From an uncultured delta proteobacterium (GTDB lineage: Bacteria > Desulfobacterota > Binatia > UBA9968): a stretch of 64,000 bases of DNA. Of this stretch, positions 10,580-21,804 are shown in pieces. The DNA is taken from contig CAVWLW010000027.1 in NCBI GenBank assembly GCA_963755715.1, positions 64,001 to 128,000 on the forward strand. The letters run 5' to 3'. How positions within the stretch are numbered: position 1 is the first letter of the stretch; the number at the start of each line of letters is the position of its first letter. The position numbers and the translations under genes were made by a program. The notes under the pieces were generated by a model. That model was not told where the DNA came from. It searched no databases and saw only the letters and a program-made list of their open reading frames with translations.

Positions 10580-11342
10580 ATGTTAGCAAAGCGCATCATT
10601 CCCTGCCTGGATGTAAACGCCGGCCGCGTCGTCAAGGGAGTAAAGTTTCTTGACCTGCGCGACGCCGGCGATCCCGTTGAAATCGCCCAAGCCTATGACC
10701 GGGAAGGCGCGGATGAGTTGTGTTTCCTTGACATCACCGCGTCGCATGAGAATCGCTCGATCATCCTCGACGTCGTCGCGCGCACGGCCGAGCAAGTCTT
10801 TATGCCGCTCACGGTCGGTGGCGGTATCAACAAGATCGAAGATATTCGTGCGCTGCTAAAGGCGGGAGCAGATAAAGTTTCCATCAACACCGGCGCAGTG
10901 AACCGACCCGAGTTCGTCCAAGAAGCCGCGCAAATGTTCGGCAGTCAATGTATCGTCGTGGCGATCGACGCTAAACGAGGCCGGCAACCGCTGGGAAGTC
11001 TTTACTCACGGGGGGAGAAACCCCACGGGTATCGATGCCGGCGATTGGGCCGAACGGATGGAACACTCCGGCGCGGGAGAAATTCTTCTCACCAGTATGG
11101 ACCGCGACGGTACCAAGGCGGGATACGATTTAGCGTTAACTCGGATGATTTCCGAGCGCGTCAGTATCCCGGTTATCGCCTCGGGCGGTGTCGGCGATCT
11201 CGAACACATCTACGAAGGATTGACCCAAGGCAAGGCGAGCGCCGCGTTAGCCGCGTCGATTTTTCACTTTCGCGAGCACACGATTGCCGAGTGCAAGCGC
11301 TATCTCGAAGCCCGCGGCGTGCTGATACGCCCGGTCAACTGA
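10580..11342 (+). CDS. hisF: Imidazole glycerol phosphate synthase subunit HisF (frameshift near 10985)
   Basis: [18 protein letters not shown], and [29 protein letters not shown] in a second frame. Confidence 0.95.
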
Positions 11343-11348
11343 GATTCG

Positions 11349-12586
11349 TTAGATTAAGCCCGTCCGCGCTTGGTTAAAATTAGCTGGCGCTTGGGACAGC
11401 GCCCGCTTGCGCGGTGGATCGAAGAAGGGCGTTTTCACTACGGTTGCGAGGACGGTCTTGCGCGCGTATTCGACCGTCACTTCCATGTCGAGCTCGGTGC
11501 CCAGCTTCAGCGAAGGCCTTTTCCACCGTCGCGAGCGCAAGGTATTTCTTCAGCGTCGGCGACCATGCGCCAGTCGTCGCATGGCCGATGTGTCGATCTT
11601 CTTTATAGATCGGCACTCCGCCACGCCACGCCGTGAGCGGGATCTGCGGTGGCAACCCCACTTGGCGAAATAGGTATTCATAGTCAGCGAGACTGATCTC
11701 CAAACCGACGATTTGCCGGGGCCACTGTTGGTTGGTGATTTTTTTTAAAGCCGGCCGACCGACAAAATGCTCCTTTTTCATGTCGACGGTCCAGCCCAGA
11801 CCGATTTCAAACGGCGAATAGCGCTGCGATGGCGATCATAGCTTTTTCCGCGCCGGTGTAGTCGACCTCCAGAAGAATAAATCCCGCCTCAAGCCGCGCC
11901 ACGTCGAGAGCCAACATACCCGCGGGTTTGATGCCGAACGCCTTGCCCTTCTCCATAAAAATATCCCAGACCGATAGGGCGTGCGCCGCGTCAAACCAGA
12001 TTTCATAACCCAAGTCGCCCGTGTAGCCGGTGCGCGAAACGATAACCGGAACGGCGCCGATCTTGGCGGCGATCAAGCGAAAAAAACGTAGACCGCTCAA
12101 GTTCCGATCGACAATTTGCTCCAGTATTTTAAGCGCGTTCGGCCCCTGGAGCGCCAGAGCGGCAATCTTTTCGGAAACCTCCTCAAGCGAGAGATCCATG
12201 CCGACGGCATTGAGCCTGAGCCAACGCAAACTCGAATCGGCCAGATGAAAACGAAAATAATCTTCCGCCAACCTGAACACCGTTCCGTCTTGAATCACCG
12301 CGCCATCGTCCTCGCATAGACAACCGTAGAGCGCCTGGCCGACGGCACATTTCGCGGCGTCCCGCGTGATTACCCGATCAACGAGTCGCAGCGCGTCTTT
12401 GCCGCGAATCTCATACTTGTAAAGTGGCGAGATGTCGATGAGTGCCGCCGTGTTGCGGATCGCGTGATATTCGTAGTCATGCATCACGTCGTAGGAGCTG
12501 GCGACGAAATAGCCGGACCAGGTGCGCCAGTTTTGACTGGCGCAGAGAGCCGACGTGCGAGAATGGAATGGAGTTCCGATGGGCAT
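11349..12586 (-). CDS. GcvT-family aminomethyltransferase/THF-dependent demethylase (frameshifted)
   Basis: [43 protein letters not shown]-terminal [10 protein letters not shown]. Confidence 0.88.
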
Positions 12587-12695
12587 TTGTCGTGTCGATG
12601 TTGGATTTGGGCGCGGATTGAATCGATAATCCCGCGGGTCTCGTTGACTTCGCAGACGAAATTACCAAATATGCTCGCTTAAGCAAATCGCCACT

Positions 12696-14285
12696 ATGCC
12701 CAACTATGACGCCATCATTATCGGCGCCGGCCACAACGGCCTCACCAGCGCAGCCTATCTTGCGAAAGCCGGGAAAAAAGTCCTCGTTCTGGAGCGCCGC
12801 CATGTGCTCGGCGGAGCGGCGGTCACCGAAGAGATCTATCCTGGTTTTAAGTATTCGGTCTGCTCCTATGTCGTGAGCCTGCTCCGTCCCGAAGTCATCC
12901 GTGATCTGGAATTGCCGAAATACGACCTCGAAATCATCCCGCTCGACAGCACGTTCACACCGATGCCGGACGGCAATTATCTGTTTCGTTGCGGCGATCA
13001 TGCGCGCACGCGTCGCGAGATCGCGCGCCACTCGGTTCCCGACGCGGAAGCCTACGAGGAGTACGGCCAATTGATGGTGCAGATGGCGATGGCGGTCAAG
13101 CCCCTGCTCGGCATGATCCCACCGGAGCCGACTACGTGGAACCCGAAGGACCTTTTCGGGCTGGCCCGAGTCGGCAATCATTTTCGCGGCTTGGGCGAGA
13201 AGCTTCTCTATGATCTGACCAAACTCATGACCATGAGCTCGGCGGATTTTCTCGACGAATGGTTCGAGACCGACGTGCTTAAAGCGACCATGTCCGCGAG
13301 CGGTATCATCGGCACATTCATGGGACCGCGCTCGCCGGGAACCGCTTACGTGCTGCTACATCATTATATGGGCGAGCTCGATGGCGCTTTTCGGTCCTGG
13401 GGTTTTGCCCGAGGCGGCATGGGCTCGATTAGTCGAGTCATTGCCGAGGCGGCACGCCATCATGGCGCGGAGATCCGAACTCAAGCGCCGGTCGACCAGG
13501 TATTGATCAAAAGCGGCCGCGCGTGCGGCGTCGTGCTCGCCTCGGGCGAAGAGATTCAGAGCAAAGTCGTCGTCTCGGGTGTCGATCCCAAGCGAACGTT
13601 TTTGAAAATGGTCGACGGGCGGCATCTCGATGCGGAATTCACTAAGCAAGTGAGCAATTTCAAAATCCGCGGCTCGTCGGCAAAAGTAAATCTGGCGCTC
13701 GATGCGTTGCCGAATTTCACCAGCATGCCGGGCGACGGTCTCCACTTAGCAGGAGCGGTCTCGATCAGTCCCAGTCTTGATTACATCGAGCGCGCTTACG
13801 ACGACGCGAAATACGGCGATTATTCACGCCGGCCCTACATGGATATCATCTTGCCATCGATGCTCGATCCGTCCATGGCGCCACCGGGCAAGCACGTCAT
13901 GTCGATCTTCGTGCAGTACGCGCCTTATCATCTAAAAAATGGCACCTGGCCGGAGAAACGCGAGGCGCTCGGCGATGCCGTGATCGAGACGCTGAGCGAA
14001 TACGCGCCTAATCTGAAAAACATCATCCTTCATCGCCAAGTCGTCACCCCGTGGGATCTCGAGCAGGAATTTGGCCTCACGGAGGGAAATATTTTTCAAG
14101 GTGAATTGACATTGGACCAGCTCTTTTTTCTCCGTCCCGTTCCTGGCTGGGCGAAATACCGCACGCCGATCAAGAATCTTTATATGTGCGGCGCCTGCAC
14201 CCATCCGGGTGGCGGTGTCATGGCAGCGTCGGGGCGCCTCGCGGCGCTGGAGATCCTGAAAGACATGAAACTGAGGTTGATCTAA
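12696..14285 (+). CDS. Phytoene-desaturase-like (PYROXD2-type) FAD oxidoreductase 1
   Basis: IIGAGHNGL..AAYLAKAG, GGAAVTEE, C-terminal CGACTHPGGGV. Confidence 0.9.
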   Translation: MPNYDAIIIGAGHNGLTSAAYLAKAGKKVLVLERRHVLGGAAVTEEIYPGFKYSVCSYVVSLLRPEVIRDLELPKYDLEIIPLDSTFTPMPDGNYLFRCGDHARTRREIARHSVPDAEAYEEYGQLMVQMAMAVKPLLGMIPPEPTTWNPKDLFGLARVGNHFRGLGEKLLYDLTKLMTMSSADFLDEWFETDVLKATMSASGIIGTFMGPRSPGTAYVLLHHYMGELDGAFRSWGFARGGMGSISRVIAEAARHHGAEIRTQAPVDQVLIKSGRACGVVLASGEEIQSKVVVSGVDPKRTFLKMVDGRHLDAEFTKQVSNFKIRGSSAKVNLALDALPNFTSMPGDGLHLAGAVSISPSLDYIERAYDDAKYGDYSRRPYMDIILPSMLDPSMAPPGKHVMSIFVQYAPYHLKNGTWPEKREALGDAVIETLSEYAPNLKNIILHRQVVTPWDLEQEFGLTEGNIFQGELTLDQLFFLRPVPGWAKYRTPIKNLYMCGACTHPGGGVMAASGRLAALEILKDMKLRLI

Positions 14286-14291
14286 ACCGCC

Positions 14292-15886
14292 GTGGCCACC
14301 TACGACGCGATTATCATCGGCGCCGGCCACAACGGGCTTGTGACCGCGGCTTATCTCGCCAAGGCGGGAAAGAAAGTTCTGGTTTTAGAGCGTCGCTCAA
14401 TCGTCGGCGGTATCGCGGTCACCGAAGAAATATTTCCGGGATTTAAATTCTCCACCTGCGCTCACTTGGCGGGATCGTTTTCCAGTGAGATCATTGCCGA
14501 CCTCGACTTGAAGAGCCACGGTTTCGAGCTGCTCACGCTCGATCCGCTTTTGTTTGTGCCAAGCCTCAATGGTCATTCTTTGCTGATCCCACGGGACTTT
14601 AACAAAGCCGCCGCGGAGATCGGACGCCATTCCAAGTTTGACGCAGACAAATACCCAGCGTTTTGTGCGCTTGCGAAGAATCTCTCAGCTTTTTTACAAA
14701 CTCTCTACGGCATAGCGCTGCCCGATAAAGCCAATCCGAGAAGTTTCAACCCGGCCGAGCTTCTGAAAATCGGCTGGAAGTTTCATCGTCTCGGTGAAAA
14801 AGAGATGTATGAGTTCCTGCGCGTCTTGCCTATGAGCGTCGCCGATTGGCTGAACGAGTGGTTTGAAAACGACTTGCTCAAAGCCACGTTGGCGGCGAGC
14901 GGCATCCTCGGTTCTTTTGTTGGCCCGCGCCAGCAAGGAACAGCGTTCAACCTGCTGCATCATCAAATAGGCGCATCGAACGGCGCTCTGCGAACGTCAG
15001 GCTTCGTCCGCGGCGGCATCGGCCAACTATCGCAAGCTCTCGCCAAGGCCGCCCAGCGGTTTGGCGTCGAGATCCGCACCGGCGCGGAAGTGCTCAAGAT
15101 CGTCACCAATAGCGGTGCCGCCACTGGAATCGTGTTACAGAACGGCGAGGAGATCGACGCAACGCAGGTGATTTCCAGCGCGGACGTGAAGCGGACTTTC
15201 TTAAAGCTGGTGGAGCCGACCTATCTTGGTCCGCATTTTTTACTCCAGGTACAAAACATCCGCGCCCGCGGCACCGTCGCCAAGGTTAATGTAGCGCTCG
15301 ATGCTCTACCCAAGTTCAAGAGCACGAACGATCATGACGCGGCTGCACTCGGTGGCATTATTCATATCGGTCCGACACTGGACTATTTGGAACGCGCCGC
15401 AGACGACGCCAAATATGGGCGATTTTCAGAACAGCCGTTTTTAGAAATTACCATTCCTTCGATCTCCGACCCATCGCTCGCGCCCACAGGCAAACACGTC
15501 ATGTCGATATGGATGCAGTCGGCGCCCTACGATCTCCGCGACGGCAATTGGAACGAGCGGCGCGACACCTTGGGCGACACAGTGGTAAACCTTCATCGAG
15601 GAATACGCGCCGGGGTTTAAGAATTCAGTCCTGCACCGCCAGATTCTCACGCCGCTAGACCTGGAACAGGAATACGGTCTTACAGGGAGGCCATCTCTAC
15701 CATGCCGAAATGGCTCTTGACCAAATCTTCTTCATGCGCCCGGTTCCTGGTTGGTCGCGTTATCACACGCCGATCGAAGATCTCTTCCTCTGCGGTTCCG
15801 GCACGCATCCCGGCGGCGGCGTTACCGGCCTCCCCGGCTATTACGCCGCCAAGGAAATCCTCAAAAATCGTTCTCGCCAAAAGTAA
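14292..15886 (+). CDS. Phytoene-desaturase-like FAD oxidoreductase 2 (frameshifts near 3' end)
   Basis: Paralog of the upstream gene; CGSGTHPGGGVTG continues in another frame to a stop at 15886. Confidence 0.87.
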
Positions 15887-15964
15887 GCTTTCACCTAGGA
15901 TTTTTTCGTCTACCGTGATAGACGAAAGGCGGTTTTGTCGAGTTGTTTCTCAGGACTTAAGCGA

Positions 15965-16948
15965 ATGAAGTTGTATCTCGGTCTTTTAGAAAGCTCTCGC
16001 CCCGATCAAACTAGAATCTTTACCGAGATCGATGGCAGGCTCATCGACGTAAACCTCGCCTATGCGGCTTATCTCCAACAGTCACCAAATAATCCGGCAA
16101 GCGCGTACGAGCTCGCCGATTTCTATTTCCCCGGAACCATCGCGGCGTTTCTCGAACGAGGCGAGCCTGCGCGAAAAGCGTTAGCTGAGGTTATGGCATT
16201 CGCACGCTGCGGCGGCGGCGATCTTCGCGGTCCCGGCGCCGAGAAGATTTCTTATGCCGTCACTGAAGTAAAAATCTTGCCGCCGTTATTGGATCCGGAA
16301 AAATCCTTCGTGATCGGCTTTTCCGATAAGGCTCGCACGGAAGCGATGCCAAAAGCGGAAATCCCCACCGGCTACTATAAATTGCCCCAGACCTTCGTGT
16401 CATCGGGCGCACCGATTGTTTGGCCGAAATTTTCCGAGGAAATTGACGCCGACGCCTGTCTGGCCATCGTCATCGGTAAGCCGGGAAGGCGAATTCCGCT
16501 CGAAAGAGCTTGGGATCATGTCGCAGGAGCAACGTTAATCATCGACATCACCGCCCGCGATATCAACAAACGCGAAGGGCTGACCACCAACAATCTTCTC
16601 GGCAAAAACTTTCCGTCGAGCACCTGCATCGGACCTGCCCTGTTATTGCAACCCGCACGCGAAGAACTCGAAAGGATAGAAGTCGACCTTTCGCTCGACG
16701 GCGCCGTCAAACAAAAGTTCGCGCTGCGCGATTGCGTTTTCACCGTCGAACAAATCATTGCCCGCTGGTCGATCCTCGGCATCAAGCCCGGCGACTGGCT
16801 CGCCATCGGCGCCAGCATGGCGATGGCAGGCGATCGGCTGCAAAATCCTGTGCCGCTCAAAATCGGCTCGACGATCCGCTGCTCTTCAACGGCGATCGGC
16901 GAACTATCGCACCAAGTCGTCGTCGCAGCGGAAGGCGTGCGCCGATGA
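15965..16948 (+). CDS. Fumarylacetoacetate hydrolase-family protein, degenerate active site
   Basis: FAH fold motifs (KLPQT, LAIVIGK, DITARD, GKNFP) but EIDADACL replaces LDYEVEL. Confidence 0.8.
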   Translation: MKLYLGLLESSRPDQTRIFTEIDGRLIDVNLAYAAYLQQSPNNPASAYELADFYFPGTIAAFLERGEPARKALAEVMAFARCGGGDLRGPGAEKISYAVTEVKILPPLLDPEKSFVIGFSDKARTEAMPKAEIPTGYYKLPQTFVSSGAPIVWPKFSEEIDADACLAIVIGKPGRRIPLERAWDHVAGATLIIDITARDINKREGLTTNNLLGKNFPSSTCIGPALLLQPAREELERIEVDLSLDGAVKQKFALRDCVFTVEQIIARWSILGIKPGDWLAIGASMAMAGDRLQNPVPLKIGSTIRCSSTAIGELSHQVVVAAEGVRR

Positions 16949-17895
16949 AGCTCGTCACTTTCATCCATCAAGATCAGGAACGCATCGGCGCCGTCGATAA
17001 CTTTGACCGTATTGTCGATTTGCATCGGGCGTATGGGTCTTATCTACGACAAATCGAATCGAACCCCATCGGTGATCGGTTGGCTGAGATTGCCCTTGGC
17101 CGCGATATGGTAGAATTCTTGAAACGCGGTGAAAAAGCTTTCGACGCAGCGCGCAAAGCTCTGGCTCATGCGGAAAAGGCGAAAGCAGACACCAGTATAG
17201 TCCTCGACCCCGCGCAGGTTCGTCTCAAATCTCCTGTGCCGCGCCCCGGCGCGCTGATATCTGCCGGGAAAAATTTTTCCGATCACGTCGCCGAGATGGC
17301 GTCGAAGAAGGGCCCCGCCGCACCGGTGGCATTTCTCAAGCTACCGGGAACGGTGATCGGCCCCGAAGACGATATCCCGCATCCGCCGGAGGTAAAAAAT
17401 TTAGATTACGAAGTTGAGCTCGCTATCGTGATCGGCAAACCTTGCGTCGACGTGACCGCGGAAGAAGCTTTGAACTACGTCGCCGGCTACTCTGCGTTCA
17501 ATGATATCAGCGCCCGCGACGTCATCCGCGGAGAAAACAAAAATGGTATCCATCTCATGGGCAAAAGCTTTCCGGGCTTTGCGCCGATGGGTCCCTATCT
17601 GGTAACGACTGACGAAATTCCTGATCCGCAAAATTTGAAACTGCGACTTTCCGTCAACGGCGAAATCCGTCAGGATTCAAATCTGAGCTACATGATTTTC
17701 AAAATTCGCGACATGATCGCCTACTGGTCGCAGATGGGCCTCAATCCCGGCGACGTCCTAACAACCGGCACGCCGCGCGGCGTCGCCGCCGGACGAAAAC
17801 CCGATCAAACACCGTGGTGGCTCAAACCCGGAGACGTCGTCGAGGCCGAAGTTGAGAATATCGGTCTGCTCAAAAACCGTATCGTTGCCGAATGA
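16945..17895 (+). CDS. Fumarylacetoacetate hydrolase-family protein
   Basis: GKNFSDH, LDYEVELAIVIG, NDISARD, GKSFPGFAPMGP, TGTPRGV. Confidence 0.92.
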   Translation: MKLVTFIHQDQERIGAVDNFDRIVDLHRAYGSYLRQIESNPIGDRLAEIALGRDMVEFLKRGEKAFDAARKALAHAEKAKADTSIVLDPAQVRLKSPVPRPGALISAGKNFSDHVAEMASKKGPAAPVAFLKLPGTVIGPEDDIPHPPEVKNLDYEVELAIVIGKPCVDVTAEEALNYVAGYSAFNDISARDVIRGENKNGIHLMGKSFPGFAPMGPYLVTTDEIPDPQNLKLRLSVNGEIRQDSNLSYMIFKIRDMIAYWSQMGLNPGDVLTTGTPRGVAAGRKPDQTPWWLKPGDVVEAEVENIGLLKNRIVAE

Positions 17896-17928
17896 CAAAT
17901 TTCAAAGCCGATCACGAGGAGCACTAGA

Positions 17929-18804
17929 ATGGCAGCCGGTACAAAATCAGTCCTTCATCCCACCGGCCTCGTGCACGGCCACAGCGAATGCCGCTATCTC
18001 GACGAGAGCATCCCGGTATTGACGCAGGTTTTGGCTTTGGATCTCGTTCAGCGGCGCGATCATGAAGCGGTGCTGAAGCACCCGAATACCGGCTGGAAAT
18101 TAATCCTGCACGAAGGCGGCGCTGAGGTGAAAGACAAGCCCGAGCGCAATCATTACGGCGTGCGCGTGTCGAACAACGAAGAAGTCGATCGCGCTTACCA
18201 ATATCTTCTGGCAAACAAGGAAAAGCTCGGCCTTAAAAAAGTTGTGAAGCGCAAGGAGCGCGCCGGTTCGTATTCGATGTTTCTTGTCGAACCCGGCGGC
18301 AACTACTGGGAAATTGAATCTTACGAGAATCGCCACAAAGCCGGTTTGCCCGAACCTATCGCCTATCCGTGGAAAACCAAGCTCACTGAAGAAAGACTTC
18401 CCGGCTGTGGCTACATTCCGCAGGCAATGACCCACGGCACCCTGGAGTGCGTCGACTTGGACGCATCGGTAAAGTTTTACAAAGAGGGCTTGGGGCTCGA
18501 CGTCATTACCCACGTTCCAACCGTCAAACCCCATGACATCAAGCATCCTTCGACCCCTTGGTATATTGCGAGCCTCGAGATTCCGGAAAAAAACCGCAAA
18601 TACTTAACGCCGCTGCAGCGATATACCGTGGCCGTCGATTCACCAAGCGCGCTGACGAAGCGCGCATGACGAATTGCAAAATCGCCGCGAAGAGTTCGGC
18701 ATCACGGCGATCGAACGCGATCGAGGACATCGTCTGACGGGCAAGCCTTTTTGCTGAGTGATCTCAACCGCAACTGGTGGGAGATCGCCTACATGCGAAA
18801 CTAG
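17929..18804 (+). CDS. Two-domain VOC/glyoxalase-family protein (frameshift near 3' end)
   Basis: HYGVRV...EPGGNYWEIE; second domain THGTLEC...DLNRNWWEI ending at 18804. Confidence 0.75.
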
Positions 18805-19237
18805 CTGGCTGGAGATGTTCACATTACGATCCATCGCTCGAATGAACGTTAGAGCGGTAATTTCAAACGAGCACCGTTCTGTCTTTTTCTAGCTTAGCGC
18901 TGGTGGTTGCCGCGCAGGCCCAGCCTATCAAGCTCAATGTCGCTTACACTTCGACTGCTGGACATCGCAATTGAGTCCTCGATGAAATCGAGGTCGGTGC
19001 TTGGGCAGCTAGAGTTAGAGCACCTGCATCTTCGCACTGGCGAAAAAGAGTCTATGTTCTGAATAGCCCGCCAACGGAGTCATCGGATCAAGTCACCATT
19101 CGGCAGATTCACACAGAGATCTTTATCGCGTCGGTTCCCCGCTCAGGAGAATCGTCATCCCCGCAGGGCGACAGTAATTTGGTAATGGTGTATTGACACC
19201 AATTCAGCGAAGGCCTTGTTGGTCAACTCACCAAATG

Positions 19238-19468
19238 TAAGACCAAAGTCGTGTAACGTTATTTCTCACAGCTACCAGTTTGAGATACACCGAAGAAAGT
19301 CTCAGGATTTTCTGAGAGAAGCTTCTAAGGGCTTTAACAAGCAGCGTTTCAGCCGCAAGAATGATCTCATCTCAAGTAACCTTTTCTTGCTAAGATCAAA
19401 CCTTAGCGGACGGCCGGCAAGAAACAGAGTTCAGATTAAGCCATTGACAGCATACGACTTTAGTTGTA
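19238..19468. promoter_or_regulatory. Two 7-2-7 sites upstream of the sigma54 activator (19238-19253 TAAGACC-AA-AGTCGTG; 19453-19468 TACGACT-TT-AGTTGTA)
   Basis: Match the motif at 5470/8432; the second lies just 3' of TTGACA at 19444-19449. Confidence 0.5.
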
Positions 19469-19505
19469 AATGCTGAAACGCGAACAACCAAGAGTCGGGT
19501 ATGGC

Positions 19506-20903
19506 ATGAACCGGATTTTGATCATAGAAAAAAACAATCACGCGCGCGCTCTCCTACAATGCCGGCTTGCCGCCGAGGTTAAGATTAAATTTGCTTCGTG
19601 CATGGAAGCGGCCTGGGAAAAAATAAACAGCCGTAAATACGACTTGATTGTATGGAATGCCACCGCGGATTCGGCAGGCGAGATTAACCTTCGCCACACC
19701 ATTAGCATACTTTCGACAAAAACTTTGGGCGCTAGGACGATTGTGTTCACAACGGCCGATCATTCGGAAACGTCACCGTTATGCGATGACAACATTTACC
19801 TTAAGAAATATCCGCGCAGCGATGAAGAATATTTGTCATTTATCGAGAACAATCTTCCTCTCGAATCGCATCGCAGACCGAGTCTCGCCAATGTCGAGGA
19901 CCCTGGTTTTCCGGTGGAATTCGAGGGGATGATTACCGTGGGTTTGTCGATGCGACCGGTCATTCGCCGGATTATGGACGCGGCTGCGGTTGATATTCCT
20001 GTCTTGATTACCGGTGAAACCGGTACGGGGAAAGATCTTGTCGCCGCCGCGATCCACCGACAGAGCGGCCGCAAAAGTCGACCGTACGTTCCGGTCAATA
20101 TGGGAGCAATGTCGCCAGAGCTTATCGCGAGCGAGATATTTGGTCACGAGAGAGGGGCTTTTACCGGGGCGCAAGATGCGCGTCCAGGTATCTTTGAGCA
20201 AGCAAATGGTGGCACGGTATTTTTAGACGAAGTCGCCACTATGGACGAAAAAACGCAAGTCAGTTTGTTGAGGGTTTTGGAAGAAAAGACGTTTCGCCGA
20301 GTCGGCGGCATGAGGAATATCGGAGTTGACGTCCGCATCATCGCTGCGACAAACGAAGATCTGGATAAAACCGTAGCGGAAAAACATTTCCGCGAGGACC
20401 TTTTCTACCGTCTCAATGTTTTTCATATCAGCGTGCCTCCGCTGCGAGAGCGTCCTGGAGCCATCACGGTGCTCACCGATCATTTTCTTTCCCATTTTGC
20501 CAGCGTGTACGGCAAAGACGTCGAGCGCGTCTCCCGTGAAACCTACAGGTTGCTCAGGCACTATCCTTGGCCAGGAAATGTTCGCGAGCTCAAAAACCTC
20601 GTTCAAACGGCGGTTCTCATGGTGGATGGCAAGGAACTCACACCGGACTTTATTCCACAACGAATTCGTGATGCGGTTGCGGGCGGTGAGAACCGTGGCG
20701 ACTCTGTCTGCTCTTTCCCCTTGGGGTCTACTCTGGAATCTGTTGAAAAAGAAGTCATTCGTATGACCCTGACTCGGGTCGGTGGCAATAAGAAACTCGC
20801 TGCCAATATTCTTGGGATCAGTCGCCGGGCGCTGTATAACAAGCTCAAAAGGCATCATTTGTTCTGCCTGTGCACACTGTGCGCACAAGCGCTGATCACC
20901 TGA
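19506..20903 (+). CDS. Sigma54-dependent enhancer-binding protein with atypical receiver domain
   Basis: GETGTGKD, GAFTGA, FLDEV, FREDLFYRLNV, WPGNVRELKN, Fis HTH; REC-like N-terminus has YDLIVWN (no phospho-Asp). Confidence 0.92.
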   Translation: MNRILIIEKNNHARALLQCRLAAEVKIKFASCMEAAWEKINSRKYDLIVWNATADSAGEINLRHTISILSTKTLGARTIVFTTADHSETSPLCDDNIYLKKYPRSDEEYLSFIENNLPLESHRRPSLANVEDPGFPVEFEGMITVGLSMRPVIRRIMDAAAVDIPVLITGETGTGKDLVAAAIHRQSGRKSRPYVPVNMGAMSPELIASEIFGHERGAFTGAQDARPGIFEQANGGTVFLDEVATMDEKTQVSLLRVLEEKTFRRVGGMRNIGVDVRIIAATNEDLDKTVAEKHFREDLFYRLNVFHISVPPLRERPGAITVLTDHFLSHFASVYGKDVERVSRETYRLLRHYPWPGNVRELKNLVQTAVLMVDGKELTPDFIPQRIRDAVAGGENRGDSVCSFPLGSTLESVEKEVIRMTLTRVGGNKKLAANILGISRRALYNKLKRHHLFCLCTLCAQALIT

Positions 20904-21297
20904 TCTGTGCCTCATGCTGCTTGGCGCAATTGCCATGGTTTCAATAATTATCCGGTCTGTTCTTCCGCATTTCTAAGCTACAACGGAGATCGCACTTGTG
21001 TATAACAACTCAAAGACACATTTGTTCTATATGTGCATAATGTGCGCACAAGCGCTCACCCGTAAGACGTTAACGCTGTGAAAGTGCAGTGCTTCTATTT
21101 CTCTTAAATTTATTCCGTGCGCGGTGTGTAAACAATTTTCACACGAAGTGCTTAATATAGTCCCCTCAGTGTGAACCTCCTGTACCAATTTCGGTAAACT
21201 ACCGCGGTCGAGCCGTTCATCCCGTGTAAGCTCCCGCATCTCCACGTTTTGTTTCTTTGGTTCCGATCTTGCTGCCGTGAAGCAACGGGAGGAAACG

Positions 21298-21719
21298 ATG
21301 AACAAGACCGCGGCAGCGACCGATCGATCAGTGGCTTCGCTTTTTGAACCGGACGTCCTAACGACGCATCGGTATTTCCAAGTGTTTCGGCAAAAATGGC
21401 CAAGTACGAGCCGGAAGAAAATCTCATGTTTGCGGTTTTGACGGATGCCATCGAATGTTTCCAAAAATATTTCGGCGACCAGAGTCGCCGGTGCCGTGTG
21501 CTGTTCGGCGAAGCCGAAGCATGGATCGCAAACCAAGACTCGAAGTCGCTATTTTCCTTCGAACATATTTGCCAGGTGCTGAATATCAGCCCGAGCTATC
21601 TTCGGCTGGGTTTGATGCGATGGCGCTTGGCGCATGAAAGCAACAAGGGCCCGCGTAAACGGATACGCGAGGCGCTGCGTTATCAATATCGAGCGAGAAA
21701 TAGGCGCATGAGCTTTTAG
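21298..21719 (+). CDS. Conserved hypothetical protein (frameshift near 21395)
   Basis: GGAGG RBS, MNKTAAATDRSVASLFEPDVL... joined to PEENLMFAVLTDAIECFQKY...FSFEHICQVL. Confidence 0.6.
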
Positions 21720-21804
21720 CTTTTCAGAGTTCGTTTAGAAGCATTGCGCTGGGAAGCGGAAAAATTGTCGCTGCCGCAGTGGCAAGCCGATGTGAAGCCT
21801 AGCA

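Noticed and set aside
10580-11377. Programmed frameshift or novel C-terminus of HisF
   Set aside because: The canonical C-terminal half is present in another frame, consistent with the window-wide indel errors.
12477-13181. Long antisense ORFs (e.g. 12477-13181, 40822-41577, 58628-59272)
   Set aside because: They are shadow ORFs of GC-rich coding genes, with no motifs or RBS.
12696-15886. Carotenoid biosynthesis (crtI) cluster
   Set aside because: There is no phytoene synthase or prenyltransferase nearby, and the motifs and context fit the PYROXD2-like catabolic subgroup.
18840-19200. Possible small gene or ncRNA after the VOC gene
   Set aside because: Only a short signal-peptide/SBP-like stub (AQAQPIKLNVAYTS) is visible, with no supportable ORF or RNA structure.
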